Shown here: piece after piece, positions 37,001-46,600 of the stretch | Numbering within the stretch: the stretch's first letter is position 1 | Layout: every line of letters starts with the position of its first letter | NCBI GenBank assembly: GCA_964644965.1 | Contig: CAZXYN010000004.1 | Coordinates: forward strand, 6,190 to 70,189 | Direction: 5' to 3' | Source: an uncultured Candidatus Saccharibacteria bacterium | Lineage (GTDB): Bacteria; Patescibacteriota; Saccharimonadia; Saccharimonadales; JACDBH01 | DNA: 64,000 bases | The notes under the pieces: model-generated | Seen by the model: only the letters and a program-made list of their open reading frames with translations | Database searches by the model: none | What the model was told of the DNA's origin: nothing | Made by a program: the position numbers and the translations under genes

Positions 37001-38925
37001 TTTAACGTGACAGTGCCACTTCTACCCTGGAAAACACCACCGTTGTTGTCGAGATTGCCGGCAATATTAAGTGCATAGTTACTAGAAGTTACATCAAATA
37101 TACCGCTGTTAATAACAAGGTCACCGTTTATGTTGGCTGCAGCACTCAGGCTGATTCGGTTCAGCGTGAGTGCCGGCATTTCTCCAGATACAAGCTTGCC
37201 GATTTCCATACCAGTAAGCACGCGGCTATAGATGCGGACATCGTCAATTAGCCCCTCAAAATCATCGCTGCTGTCCGTACCAATTCGGTTAATAAGTCCA
37301 GCACCATTTAGCAGAGTCTCTGACCCACCCTGACTTACCCCGTTGATGTACAGAGCTAGCGCATGAGTCGCACCAATGTCGGTCTGAGTAATACAAAAAT
37401 GCTTCCAACCGCCGTAGACCGAGGTAACTGTCCATGATGCCATCTGGCCGCCAGCCTGTTCATAAGCTCTAACCTCTGTACCACCATAAACCGCCAGCGC
37501 GTACTGGCCAGGCGTATCGGCGCCCAAAATTACGCCACTTCCCGAGGTCATATTTGCCCAGGCACACCAAGTCGCATTGTCCGGGATTGTCTGATCGTCA
37601 AATGACAGATAGTCTCCGCTACCATCAAATTCTAGACTGTTATCGTTGGTAAATGTCGAGCTTGGCACATCTGTCGATGCCACTACATCACCGTTGTAAT
37701 CAGCGTTTTTGTCGTAGCCAGATACATCGGCCGCGACCGATCCTGATGGCTCATCAAACGGCCAGTGAGCAAAAGTACTGTCATTTTGTATCAGATTGAA
37801 ATAATTATTGCCGGTTTTCAGTCCAGTCGTATCGCCCACCGCCGTCACGAGAACTGTTCCCGAATCGGTGTCGTTAGTAAAACCGCTGATTGTCTGCGAG
37901 TTTCTAAGCTGCAATGTACCATCGTTGTTGAAAGCTCCGCCATCATTCATCGCCAAGTTATAGCCAACCAGATTTAGCCGAGCACCGCTGTCGATAGTCA
38001 GCTCACCGAGCGCAATATTGGCAGAGGCGACTGGCTGATTTGGTGAGTCAGCAATCTCGACATGTGAATAATTATCAGGAACCGCACCGGTGTTCCAGTT
38101 GGCAGCAGTCTCGAAGTCTGACGAAGTTACACCAGTCCAGGTGCTAGTCGGATGACCGCCGTTGGCCATGTCATCCACTTCTGTATTTAGCAGCTCACGA
38201 TTGTAGATCCTGACTTCGTCCATATTGCCAGCAAACGATCGGTTGAGTGCCGAGTTGTTACCCATGATTATGTTGTAAGTATCGTCAGATACCCGCGTGC
38301 CGACACCGGATGTGTCGGTCGTGAAGGCCACCTGCTCGACACCATCGATGAATAGCTTCACACCGCTGGAATCACTGGTGCCATCCCAGGTAACAGCCAC
38401 ATGCGCCCAAGCATCAGTTGGCAAAGTTGCAGTGGTGACTTTATTCAGTGCAGAGCTAGTAAAATTAGCGTAGAAATGCAATGCGCCGTTGTCGACGTAG
38501 AACGACCAGCCGTTAGTAGAGTTGGTCTTGTCGATAATACGGCCCTGAGCACTTTCGCCAGCGTAAGATGTCGGGTAAATCCAAGCACTGGCGCTGAATG
38601 TCGCCATGTCGTCAATCGGGTCAGCACTAGTAACGTTGATGGCGTTGTTGGTGTTGCCAAATGTCAGACTCTTGCCATTGCCATAATTGGTTGGTGGCGT
38701 GTTAACAGAGTACTGTGGCAGCACTGTACCAGACGGTGAACCCGTTCGGCCATCACCAGACCAGTCGACCTTTGAATCGGCAGCAAAGTTTTCTTCGAAC
38801 TTCCAGTAGCCTACTAGACTGTCTGTACTTGGTGTGGCACCTGAGCGCAATATTCCAAACAACAGCGGAGCTGCCAGTAAAATACTGGTGGAAAGTAATG
38901 CTAAAACTACACGTTTCTGTCTCAA
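31063..38925 (-). CDS. Giant (2620 aa) tail-anchored surface protein: signal peptide, two LamG/ConA-like lectin domains, a beta-helix-like region, 14 tandem Ig/FN3-like domains of about 100 aa, an FN3-like domain and a C-terminal TM segment
   Basis: LamG hallmarks are DEVRIYNRELL and DDVRIYSRVL. The repeat signature is PTWTW..S.D.GVGL...Y.V.WS......G....T....FTH...L.DGTWYFRVRA.D..GN.S.WS. The C-terminus is IWWASLLLLIGSTVTLFVLKKRHK. The start codon is TTG, preceded by a GGAGG RBS. Confidence 0.85.
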   Translation of the reverse strand: MRQKRVVLALLSTSILLAAPLLFGILRSGATPSTDSLVGYWKFEENFAADSKVDWSGDGRTGSPSGTVLPQYSVNTPPTNYGNGKSLTFGNTNNAINVTSADPIDDMATFSASAWIYPTSYAGESAQGRIIDKTNSTNGWSFYVDNGALHFYANFTSSALNKVTTATLPTDAWAHVAVTWDGTSDSSGVKLFIDGVEQVAFTTDTSGVGTRVSDDTYNIIMGNNSALNRSFAGNMDEVRIYNRELLNTEVDDMANGGHPTSTWTGVTSSDFETAANWNTGAVPDNYSHVEIADSPNQPVASANIALGELTIDSGARLNLVGYNLAMNDGGAFNNDGTLQLRNSQTISGFTNDTDSGTVLVTAVGDTTGLKTGNNYFNLIQNDSTFAHWPFDEPSGSVAADVSGYDKNADYNGDVVASTDVPSSTFTNDNSLEFDGSGDYLSFDDQTIPDNATWCAWANMTSGSGVILGADTPGQYALAVYGGTEVRAYEQAGGQMASWTVTSVYGGWKHFCITQTDIGATHALALYINGVSQGGSETLLNGAGLINRIGTDSSDDFEGLIDDVRIYSRVLTGMEIGKLVSGEMPALTLNRISLSAAANINGDLVINSGIFDVTSSNYALNIAGNLDNNGGVFQGRSGTVTLNGGDQRIKSSTTFYNLTKQVASAATLEFAAGSTTVVTNQLTLNGAVGELLSLRSSVDGQHWNINPSGTETISYLDVMDSNNVNASPVDITDTNITDSGNNINWTINVPPETPTNLGTASFVGGGFVGDSTPTLSFELFDQNNADDMRFQIQIDDNSDFSSPEVDYISDIGDQGTRTYTVGQNVSDDTYIAGSDGMSLATASYYWRVKGIDNYSTPRESSYATANGGAVAFQLDVTPPTDPGVPSTASSQTEKRPTWTWSASSDVGAGLGSPTYTLQWSIDNTFLSGVSSATTDNTSFTHGSNLNDGNWYFRVRAADTLGNNSNWQVSAVHLIDTTGPTTPLAPYTSSPTNFNQPTWSWSPPTDSGAGLAAVPYTVQWSLDSSFSSGVSSDTSATNTYPHPTTLADNTWYFRVRAADALGNLSAWSANGSVLIDTTPPSLPGQPYSTNPTNDNTPTWNWDPSIDTGVGLTPTPYFVQWSNTSNFSSIGGSTSVASTTFTHPGPLADGTWYIRINARDTLSNQSAYSTAGSVTIDTVAPDTPDAPSTTTPTNDTTPTWTWPVPDDTGVGLAATPYEIEWSTDETFSSVDGTDTTSTNSFTHSVPLAEDVWYFRVRATDAADNTSSYSANGEVNIDTTAPTVPGDPTTSDPVNDDTPTWTWTASTDSGVGLATNAYVVEWSEDNTFVSGVSTDTSTTNSFTHSDELIDGTWYVRIAAVDAVGNQSAWSNQGSKIVDINPPTTPGTPSTTTPTADNTPTWTWTASTDAGVGLADDPYMIEWSEDIDFLSGVTTDTITNNSFTHPDPLADGTWYFRVRAVDDVSNISAYSGTGSVFVDATAPTTPGTPSTTTPTNDDTPTWTWTASSDGAGSGLATNSYIVEWSTVSDLSSGVQSSTSTTNSYTHGASLADGTWYIRVRAIDQVNNESANSSIASVEVDDTAPSVPGTPSTPTPTNDNTPTWAWVASTDNGVGLRNPAYDLQWSLDNTFGSGVFSDTVNTNGFTHTDDLADGTWYFRVRAVDGLNNTSAYAATGSVLVSTAGPTIPGSPTTTTPTTDTTPTWNWTASTADAGLASPPYHVEWSQDNSFLSGVSTDTSATNAFTQPGSLADGIWYFRLRAEDETNTFSLYSSIGSVLIDTTAPSVPGSVTTPSPTSDQSPTWTWTASTDSGSGLANPAYYIEWSEDDAFESGVFSDSANTNSFTHNDNLDDGTWYVRIRAEDVVANQSAFSTTVNVVIDATAPDVPGLPSTTSPTNDQTPTWTWTASTDSGVGLGDPTYSVQWSQSSSFASGISSGTTNSNNFTHVSNLSDGTWYFRVRASDDIDNTSAWSASGEVIVDSGAPTVPGTPSTGSASTNDDTPTWTWTASTDSGVGLDNPAYEVQWSQDGDFISGISSNTSNSADFTHGSSLPEGNWYFRVRAVDDVGNQSGWSGNGAVYVDTDAPSAPGTPSTTPTPTSDRTPTWTWTPSSDSGFGFGPEPYNIAWSQDSNFIAGVTTQTHDSESFTHSSNLSDGTWYFRVNAEDDAGNASAWSAYGTVEIDATAPSLPADLETNTPTKDSTPTWTWTASNDAGVGLDDPAYEIQWSSVSNFSSGVTAGTTNDPTFTHVAELDFGTWYFRVRAVDNLGNKSAWVSSSVSIDNTPPVITMISATPGSAGAVITWKTNEIASSRVLYGVGSSFSETTVESNTSPRVTTHSVLLQNLPPCSTFQFRVASIDQLDNEAISGIGSFTTTACSGNAAIMNQAHASVGVGGGQASLNSGSAALQVQVPAGAVDEATDIQVKQLSPAPALSGIGQPTGRVLVGSHIYDLKAIKAGNVLTTSFNGVLTVSISYSSDDAAGFDVSSLAIFRHDGTAWQQLTGCQVNATARIVSCQTSGFSVFGLFGVRSTPAPPLPEGDGTVEPDPLPITAPIEETKEESKPQAEAASDNRGLGSAVTRIVKTVINRPIWWASLLLLIGSTVTLFVLKKRHKSSKDHSPYGIHKDE
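32100..36310 (-). repeat. Tandem array of 14 diverged coding repeats of roughly 300 bp
   Basis: I counted 14 WY(F/V/I)R(V/I/L) cores in the translation, between DVTPPTDPG (about 36310) and NTPPVITM (about 32100). The DNA phrases ccaggtccaggttgg and cggaagtaccaggtgccgtc recur with this period. Confidence 0.8.
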
Positions 38926-39064
38926 GTGTCCTCCAAGTCAAACGCTTATGACTATTGTACTCCTTTTGGGTGCCTATTCATATCTGTTAACTAGGGCTTT
39001 TTTGCTTGGTTTTGAGCGGTTTTACACAGCCTGATTTTTGTCATAAAGCTAACAGGGGTGAATA

Positions 39065-39093
39065 TTGACTACCCTTGCCAAGTGTGATATAAT
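39065..39093 (+). promoter_or_regulatory. Consensus promoter TTGACT-17-TATAAT, divergent from the giant gene
   Basis: The sequence reads TTGACTacccttgccaagtgtgaTATAAT. No ORF lies downstream. Confidence 0.65.
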
Positions 39094-39099
39094 AAGAGG

Positions 39100-39512
39100 A
39101 TAGGCCAAATACAAAAACCCACACCTTCCTAGTTAAAATAGGTTTCTTCCAATGAAGAACCAAATTACTTCTTGCAACCATCCGCTGCATAGCGGAAGCA
39201 AGTTATTATTCTTTAAATAAAGAATCAAATTACTACTTTTCTTGCCGGAAGAAAAGTAGCCAAAAGACCTCGGGCCAAAATGTTTTCTTAACTTGGTTTG
39301 TTGTTAATAAACACAATACGCTGGGGCGGACTCCCTACGGTCGGCCCACAAAGTTTAATACTAGAGTTTGTGGACAGCGCCTTGCTCTCTATTAGTGTTT
39401 TTAACTAACAACCAAATTAGGAAACATTTTGAAGCCCACTTAAGACCATGGACACCCGCCTAGGCGGGTGGATTGTTTAAGTCGCCACGGCCTTGGCCGT
39501 GGCTTCTATTTT
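39100..39512 (+). ncRNA. Candidate structured RNA of about 410 nt (unknown class)
   Basis: It begins at the predicted TSS after the promoter. It contains two tandem copies of the TTCTTY..RAAGAA-YCAAATTA-hairpin module (39143-39205 and 39208-39275). These are followed by a hairpin of about 33 bp and 160 nt (39277-39314 / 39395-39430). It ends in two GC-rich perfect hairpins, CACCCGCCtaGGCGGGTG and GCCACGGCCttGGCCGTGGC, and then UUCUAUUUU. Confidence 0.5.
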
Positions 39513-39920
39513 GGTTCCGGCTTTTCAAAATCCGATTTGTCGGTCTGGCAGGGTGAAGTCGCCTTTTGCGAGGACTATTTGCCACTGATTACGGGCTGCC
39601 AGTGGCAGTCCAGTTATAACAATATCGCCCCGATTAGGGCGTAGCCATGGCTCTCGGGTCTGGGCATCAAATTGGCTCCTGATTGGACTTTGTCAACACT
39701 ACAACTAATAGCCGAGGACTGTTTGACGGAGTTGCTTCCCAAATAGCAGGCAACTCCTAGTTCCGCAGGCTGTTGTCTTTCTTGACAGAAGTATAGTCAA
39801 GAAGTGCTGCGGCCCGGTGGTTTTGCGCCACTTTTGACACCAAAAGCTGGCGGCCTTTGGTTCTTTGGCCGGAGAAAGAACATAAAATATATGGCTCTAT
39901 ACCGAAAGAAGCCGAATCTA

Positions 39921-40640
39921 CTATTCGCCGACAATAATCAAAATATCAGCATCAGGGAACGTCTCGCCTGCCGGCAAACGCGAGATTTCTGCATTCAAAT
40001 CTTTTGCAATTTCCTGGACTTTTTCGTCATAACGATCGGTTACGTTCACAATTGTGACACCCTTGTAATCAGACCTTGTAGATTTGTCGCGGCTAACAAC
40101 ATCGATATCTTTGATGCGCTTCAGCAAGTCCTCGACAGATTCAACCGGCTCAGTGCCTGAACTACCTTGGCGCACAAAAACTTTGGCGTCTGGTGGCGTA
40201 TAACTGCCAGAATGCACAATTCGCTGCTCACTTGGCCGATACAGCACAGCCTTGCCTGCTTTGTAATACAGCAGTACTTTGTCGCCGTTTTTGGCTTGTT
40301 CGAGGAACGGCTGCTCGACTTTTTCTTTGTCTATTACGCTCAACACAGCAGGGTTTCCATCGCCACTAATACTAAGCTCTTTGTTGACCTGAACCACGAT
40401 TTTGTCATTGGTGAGCTCTGCCGAACCTGAGCGAATTAACAGAGATAATCCTCCGATTATTATCATAATTACTACCAGCCCAATCAGCGCTCGCAACTTG
40501 TGTGATTTTGCCCACGAAGAAGCCAGCTGGAGAGTTGCCTTTGTATACACCCAAATACTCGGCTTGATTTCTGACGCCTGTGGTTCAACCTTTTTTTCAG
40601 CTGGTTTCGTGGTCTTCTTAGTTGCCTTTTTTGTAGCCAT
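39921..40640 (-). CDS. Membrane-anchored LytR_C-domain-like protein
   Basis: It has a Lys-rich N-terminus and one TM segment. The C-terminal stretch VFVRQGSSGTEPVE...VTIVNVTDRYDEKVQEIAKDL...ADILIIVG resembles LytR_C. Confidence 0.55.
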   Translation of the reverse strand: MATKKATKKTTKPAEKKVEPQASEIKPSIWVYTKATLQLASSWAKSHKLRALIGLVVIMIIIGGLSLLIRSGSAELTNDKIVVQVNKELSISGDGNPAVLSVIDKEKVEQPFLEQAKNGDKVLLYYKAGKAVLYRPSEQRIVHSGSYTPPDAKVFVRQGSSGTEPVESVEDLLKRIKDIDVVSRDKSTRSDYKGVTIVNVTDRYDEKVQEIAKDLNAEISRLPAGETFPDADILIIVGE

Positions 40641-40660
40641 TATTGTCTATTATACCGTTC

Positions 40661-43600
40661 CTACTCTACGATCCAGTAGTTGAGAATATAAGTCGTGTTT
40701 GGCTCTAGATTATCGATTGACTCAAGCTTAAAGTCGCTGAGCGAGATCGAATCTGAATCAACATATATTGTGGACTTTACGGCTGCAGCATTTGCCGGGC
40801 TCAGCATGACCCTAGGAACACCATCAAAGCTCTGCGCAAAGTTAATCTGTGCCAGATATTCCGCGCTCAAGACAGCGGTTGCTCCAGTGGTAAGCCTCAC
40901 CGTACCAGAGCTATCATTGCCACTGATCGTGATTGTAACGTCACTGGCAGTGATGCTACTACCAAGTACTGCGATCGGCTGGGTACCGGCAGTCTTGATG
41001 TGACCTGTGATGGTCAGATTCTTGGTAATTATTCGGTTGGCGACTGTCAGGGTATTGCCAACGCTCAAGTTCCCAACCACCGTCAGGTTTTGGATGGTTG
41101 CTTGCCCAGAGATATTTAGGTTTACAAATTCACCGTTGCTTAATTGTGATTGTATACCACTAACCGATGATATCAGACCGCTGGTCTGCCCAGAAACACT
41201 CGATAGCTGACCAGATATATTCAGGATCGATACGTCCTGAGATAGATTCTTTTGTACTGCCACGTTTAGTGTTGCGGCATTTTGCTGGACCTGCACATCC
41301 AGTTGCTGGACGCTCTTCGTTAGCAGTGAGGTCAGCAGATTGTACTTCACGCCCGATAGCTCACCACTAGAATACTCGGCCAGCATTGGGTTAACTGCTT
41401 CTACTTCTTCGGCGATAAATCCAAGCTCATGCCCGCCCATGGTTGGATCTTTCCAGTCGTACTCTACTGGCCGGAGCTGTCGTAGAGTCGTTAGATCAAG
41501 GCTCAGATTGCTGATGTTTTCTTTGTATTTTCGTAGCGAAGTACAGTGACCCAGGGCAAACCCAAAGATTCCAGGAGTAGCAGACCTACAAGCTCCCGTG
41601 GCACTGACTCCGGATGTGCCACCGTAGTGTACATTCGATGAACCAGCAGCCACTACACCGCTATTACCAAAGACACCGCCGGCTGCAAAAACTCCCGAGT
41701 TAGTAATTGAAAACGCAGCCGTACCAGTGTTATAAGATCCCCAGTTGTTCGAAATCGCAAAATGGAGCTGGGCATCGCCCCACCCACCAGTCATCGTCGA
41801 GTACATCAGAGCACCGCTGTGAGCATCCAGTGTACCTCCGTAGTTAGTGTCTGTCATTATCTGGAGACTGTTCCTGCCCAAATGTGTTGCATTGATTGCA
41901 GCTCCGGAACCAAGCGCAAGACCCTCATTTGCCTGCAACGTGCTACCACTTATGGCATTTGCCGTAGCAATACTGCCAAATCCAGATGCAATCGACCCGC
42001 TGGTGACTGCCCCGAGTCCCGTAATTTTAGAATATGACCCGGCAGTAAGGTTGGTATTACTTACCGAGTTACTTGCCAGTGTCAATACACCGGTGCTAGA
42101 TATCGTTGCCGCGCCACTTAGCGCCCGTGTCACCCACTGCGAACCGTCTGCTACCAGAATATTACCCGACGAAGCCGTTGTGGTTCCTAGTGTTGCACCG
42201 TTTATTTTGGCTACTGTTGCACTGCTGGTTGTCCCTGACAGGTCACCACCAACCGAAGTTGAGGTGATACAGTTAGCCCATGACCCAGCTTCATAACAAC
42301 GGAATTTACCAGCATTAGAGTTGTAGTACAGACCGCCGTTCACACCGCTTGGGTCACCGCTGTTGGTCTTAGTATCTAGGACCAGGAGCGTGCCGGTAGT
42401 ATCAGATGTACCAACCGCCAACTGCCCATTAACCGTCATAGCCCCCGCCAGGTAGCTGGCATCGGTGCTTTCACTGTAGATAGCCCAGTCACCAGATGGC
42501 TGGGCATAGACGTTGTTGGCTAGCCAAAGACCAATCTGGTTGGTGGTACGGGCTGGGTTCTGGTTAGAGATGGCGACGCCGACCGAGTTGGTGATGGTGC
42601 CACCAGAACTAACGGTTGGGGCTTCGACCAGGACACTGAGGTAGCGGGTAACGGTTGAGGAGGCACTGACGAAGCCAGTCGACTGCAAACCAACCGCAAT
42701 GTTGAGGGTGCCAGCACCGGTATAGGACACTTCACCCCGGCCACCAACTAACCAGGCACTGCCTAGGTTGGCACTGGCTGAACTGGCAAAGTTTCTGAAG
42801 CCTGTGTACTGGGCAGACGAGATACTGCCTGGGCTGGCGGTAACCGACGTGTTCATACCGTAGATAGCACCAGTAGTGGCGGTGGACGTAGTGGTAACCG
42901 CCAGGGTCTGACCACTGGCGTTGACGGCTGAACTGACGTCTAAGGTACCTGAATAGGTACCAGCACCGGTGCTACTGATAGCTAGACGAGTGGTGCCGCT
43001 GGTTTCTAGGTTCAGGCCGTAGGCGTCGTTGGTACCGATGGTCATAGGGGCGGTGAAGCTGTTGCCGCCTTGGACAAAGACCGCGCCAGCACCGGTGGTG
43101 TTACAGGCAGCGAGCTGATTAGAGGTATTGCGGCAGACTAGGATTGCAGTGTCTGCCGTACCCAGTGTGCCGACTGAAAGTGTTCCGTTTATAACTGCAT
43201 CGTTGCTTACGGTGAGAGCCGTACCACTTGCCCCAAAAGTTGTTGGTCCATTAAAGATATTGATGTCGGTAGTGCCAGCCTGGTAGATACCGTAGCCGGT
43301 GCCGACTCCGCTGACGCTTTGGGGATGTATGTACAGGCCATAGGCATTGGTGATGGCGCCAGCGCTTACAATCGGTGATAGCGCCGATAATCCAAAGGCA
43401 CTATTGATTGTTCCGCTGCCTGTATTCATGATTTGAGCCGTGAACCCCTCTGCCTCGTTAATCGTGCCGCTGCCGCTGTTGGTGACACGGCCGCCTGCCC
43501 CGACTGCAGTGCCGAGTGATGCACTACCGCTATATGTTACGTCGCCGCCTATGCCTGCTAGTATGGTGTCTCCGTTGACATTGGCGGATGAGGACATTAC

Positions 43601-46600
43601 ATTTCCTTGTACTCCAACGTAGAATGCAGGTCCTACTGGAGGAGAGGCTGGATTTACATCCAGATGGCCGGAGATCAGGCTTACTCCTGATGTGGAGTCA
43701 GTGATACCGCTTACCCCTAGACCGCCGTTGTTGATGGCTGTGTTGCCATTGATATTTGTGTTACCGCTGGCGTCAATTGTTAGCCGGGTTATGTTGTTGG
43801 TTATGAGATTAAGGTCACCGTTGTTGATAGTACCTAAGCTCATGGCAGTGGTGCCACCGAGGTTGTTACCGCCCTGGAGGATGTCGCCGGAGCCGCCACC
43901 GCCACCACAGTTGGCTAGGTTAACCAGACAGAAGGTGTCGTTGCCGGTTACTGCCGGAATAGTAAAGGTACGGTTGGCGCTCAGGGTGTCCATGAGTATA
44001 GTGCCGGTGAAGCTATTGTTAGCAAAGAACAGATTGCCAGAGGAGTTGAAGCCAGAGAGGGCTGTGCCGGAGTTGTTTTGCATTTGCAGCAAATCAGCGG
44101 TCTGACCCGAGTTACCACGAATCACCATGCCAAGCGTACCATTAGCGTCAGTGGTCACGTTGATTCGAGCACCTAGATCTTGCGGATTGTTGTTCGAGAA
44201 CGACACACGCCGACCTTCATTACTGCCGTAAACGCGTATTGCTGTTGCATTTGAAGATTGTATGAAGACTCCTCTGCTGCCACCGCCGGCGGTGCCACCC
44301 GTTACATACACATCACCAGTACCTTGTATCATCGTATTACTCGCTGCACCTGTAGAAGATATGACGAAATTATTTTGATTAGTGGTTAAGTGTGTCTGGC
44401 CACCATTGGAGTTGTAAAGACTGGTTACAGTAGTATTCTCGACAAGCCGAATACCTTGCGCAGAACCCTGTGCGGTTTGGACAATTTCAAGCCTTGCCTG
44501 TGGCGAGCTTGTGCCTAGCCCCACCCTTTGGTTAGTAGTATCAACATTGAACACATTGCCCGTACCCGCAGCATTTAGCACCTGGAAGGCAGTGGTAGAG
44601 TTGGTCGTGTTCTGGAACAGGGCTGCACCGCCATCAGCTACCATCATTACACCAGTGCCATTATCTTGCAGCTGTAGTATGTTGCCGGTAGACGTGCCAC
44701 TGTTGACGATAAGCCCGATGGCCGTACCGGAAACAGCGTTTACATGCAGCCGAGCACCAGGGCTTGCAGCGCCAATGCCGACGTTGCCGACGTTGTTAAC
44801 AGCCATAAAATCGTTCGTAGACGAACCGTTCGCCCTGATCCCAAAGATATCATGCGTCTGTCCACTACCTGCCTGTACAATCACCCTGTAGTTTGACGCA
44901 TTGCTGCCTGCTATCGCTCTAAAGAAACTTTCATTATATTGCCGGTCTGCTACTGAAAATTCTCCGCTTAACCTACCGGCAACCTGGAAGTTTTGATCGT
45001 ATATTCGGATCTGGTTAGCTCCAGTACTGGCTGTGCTTCGATTCAGGTATACGTGATCAGATGTCGGGTAAATGTTTAGGCCATAATTTGCGCCCGTAGC
45101 CGGAGCAATAGTAAGCACATTGGTGGCTATCTTGAGTTCAGTGCCGCGAATCCTGACATTGCCGTTGATATCCAGTGTTTCCGAAGGTGCTGCCGTGCCA
45201 ATACCAACATTCCCGGTAGATAAATTAAATGTCATAATATCGCCCGCTCCTGATGGGGCGTTGATTTTTAGCAGATCGCCGCTTACGGCCTGGAGGCGTC
45301 CCTCTAAGTTACCGAAACGCTGCAAGCTTATCTGCTTGTCGCCTGATCCGGTTACTAAGATGCCTTCACTCGCCGTGTCAGAGCGAATCGTGAGCATTTT
45401 GGTCGGGTTGGTTTCGTTGATGCCGATGCTTCCTGCTGAATACAGTGAACCTACCCCTAGCTTGGCATTTGGAGTAGTGCTGATTGATGTACCAGCGGTT
45501 GAGAGCCTGAACTGCCCAAAGCCCGTAGCCCCGGCAGTTGGATAGTACCCAAAGTCACCCCAAGCAACATCACGCCCATTAAAGCGTATGTTGCCCGAAT
45601 TATCGTTCACACCCAGTCCGTTTGTAGCAGTATGATCACCAATGAACACTGTTACAGCGCCACTTGGTGCCCGCAACCAGTTAGTGGTAGGTGACGAACC
45701 TCCTGTGGAGCTGCTGGTTGCCGCTGTTGCCTGGAGCATCGCGCCGTTAGCCCCCACTACCGATAATCTAGAGGCTGGTGTTGTAATACCAATACCAACA
45801 TTGCCGCTGCCAAGGATTATCATCTTGGTGCTAAGGTTACGGAGTGTGGCTCCGGTTGCTCCGGCATCGGAGGTCTGGAATAAGATATCTCCACCAGCCA
45901 AGTTACCCGTGCTACGTCCAGAGGCGATAGCAATGTTGCTGCCCTGTATGTCAGTGCCTAAACCGCCAGTTGTCTGGATTGTTACTAATGAATCTGGCGT
46001 TGCACTATTCACCCCCCGGCCTATAAAGACATTTCTAGTACCGTAGGTTTGATCACCACCAATCACTACCTGCCTGCTCGCGGTTGTTGCAGCTTGGCCG
46101 CCGATAGCCATTGAGCCATAGTGACCAGCACCAACTATCGCCTGGTCACCAATTACAACCGAACCATTGCCTTGCAAAGCTTGTGCCAGATAGCCAATAG
46201 ATATACTGCCGCCGCCCGTTGCGGAGGCACCACTACCTAAAGCTATAGCTAAATTCCCGGTGGCGGAGGCACCATCTCCAATCGCTATCGCTTGTGCTGA
46301 ATTTGCAGTTGTATTATGTCCTATGGCTGTAGAGCTATTTCCTGATGCAGTCGCACTATGCCCTACTGCTAGGGAAGAAGATCCGCTGGCAACGGCGCCT
46401 AAACCAAATTTTTGAGACTCGTTTCCTGTCCCAGGCACGCTGAGAGTTGCCCCGTTGCTACCCTGGAGTACACCGGCAGTTGTTAGGGTAAAGTAAGTGG
46501 TATTGTTGGTCTCAAGATTCAATGCATAGTTGTCATTGGTACCAATGGTCATGGCGCCGCCAAAGCTGTTACCACCCTGCAGGATATCACCCATGCCACC

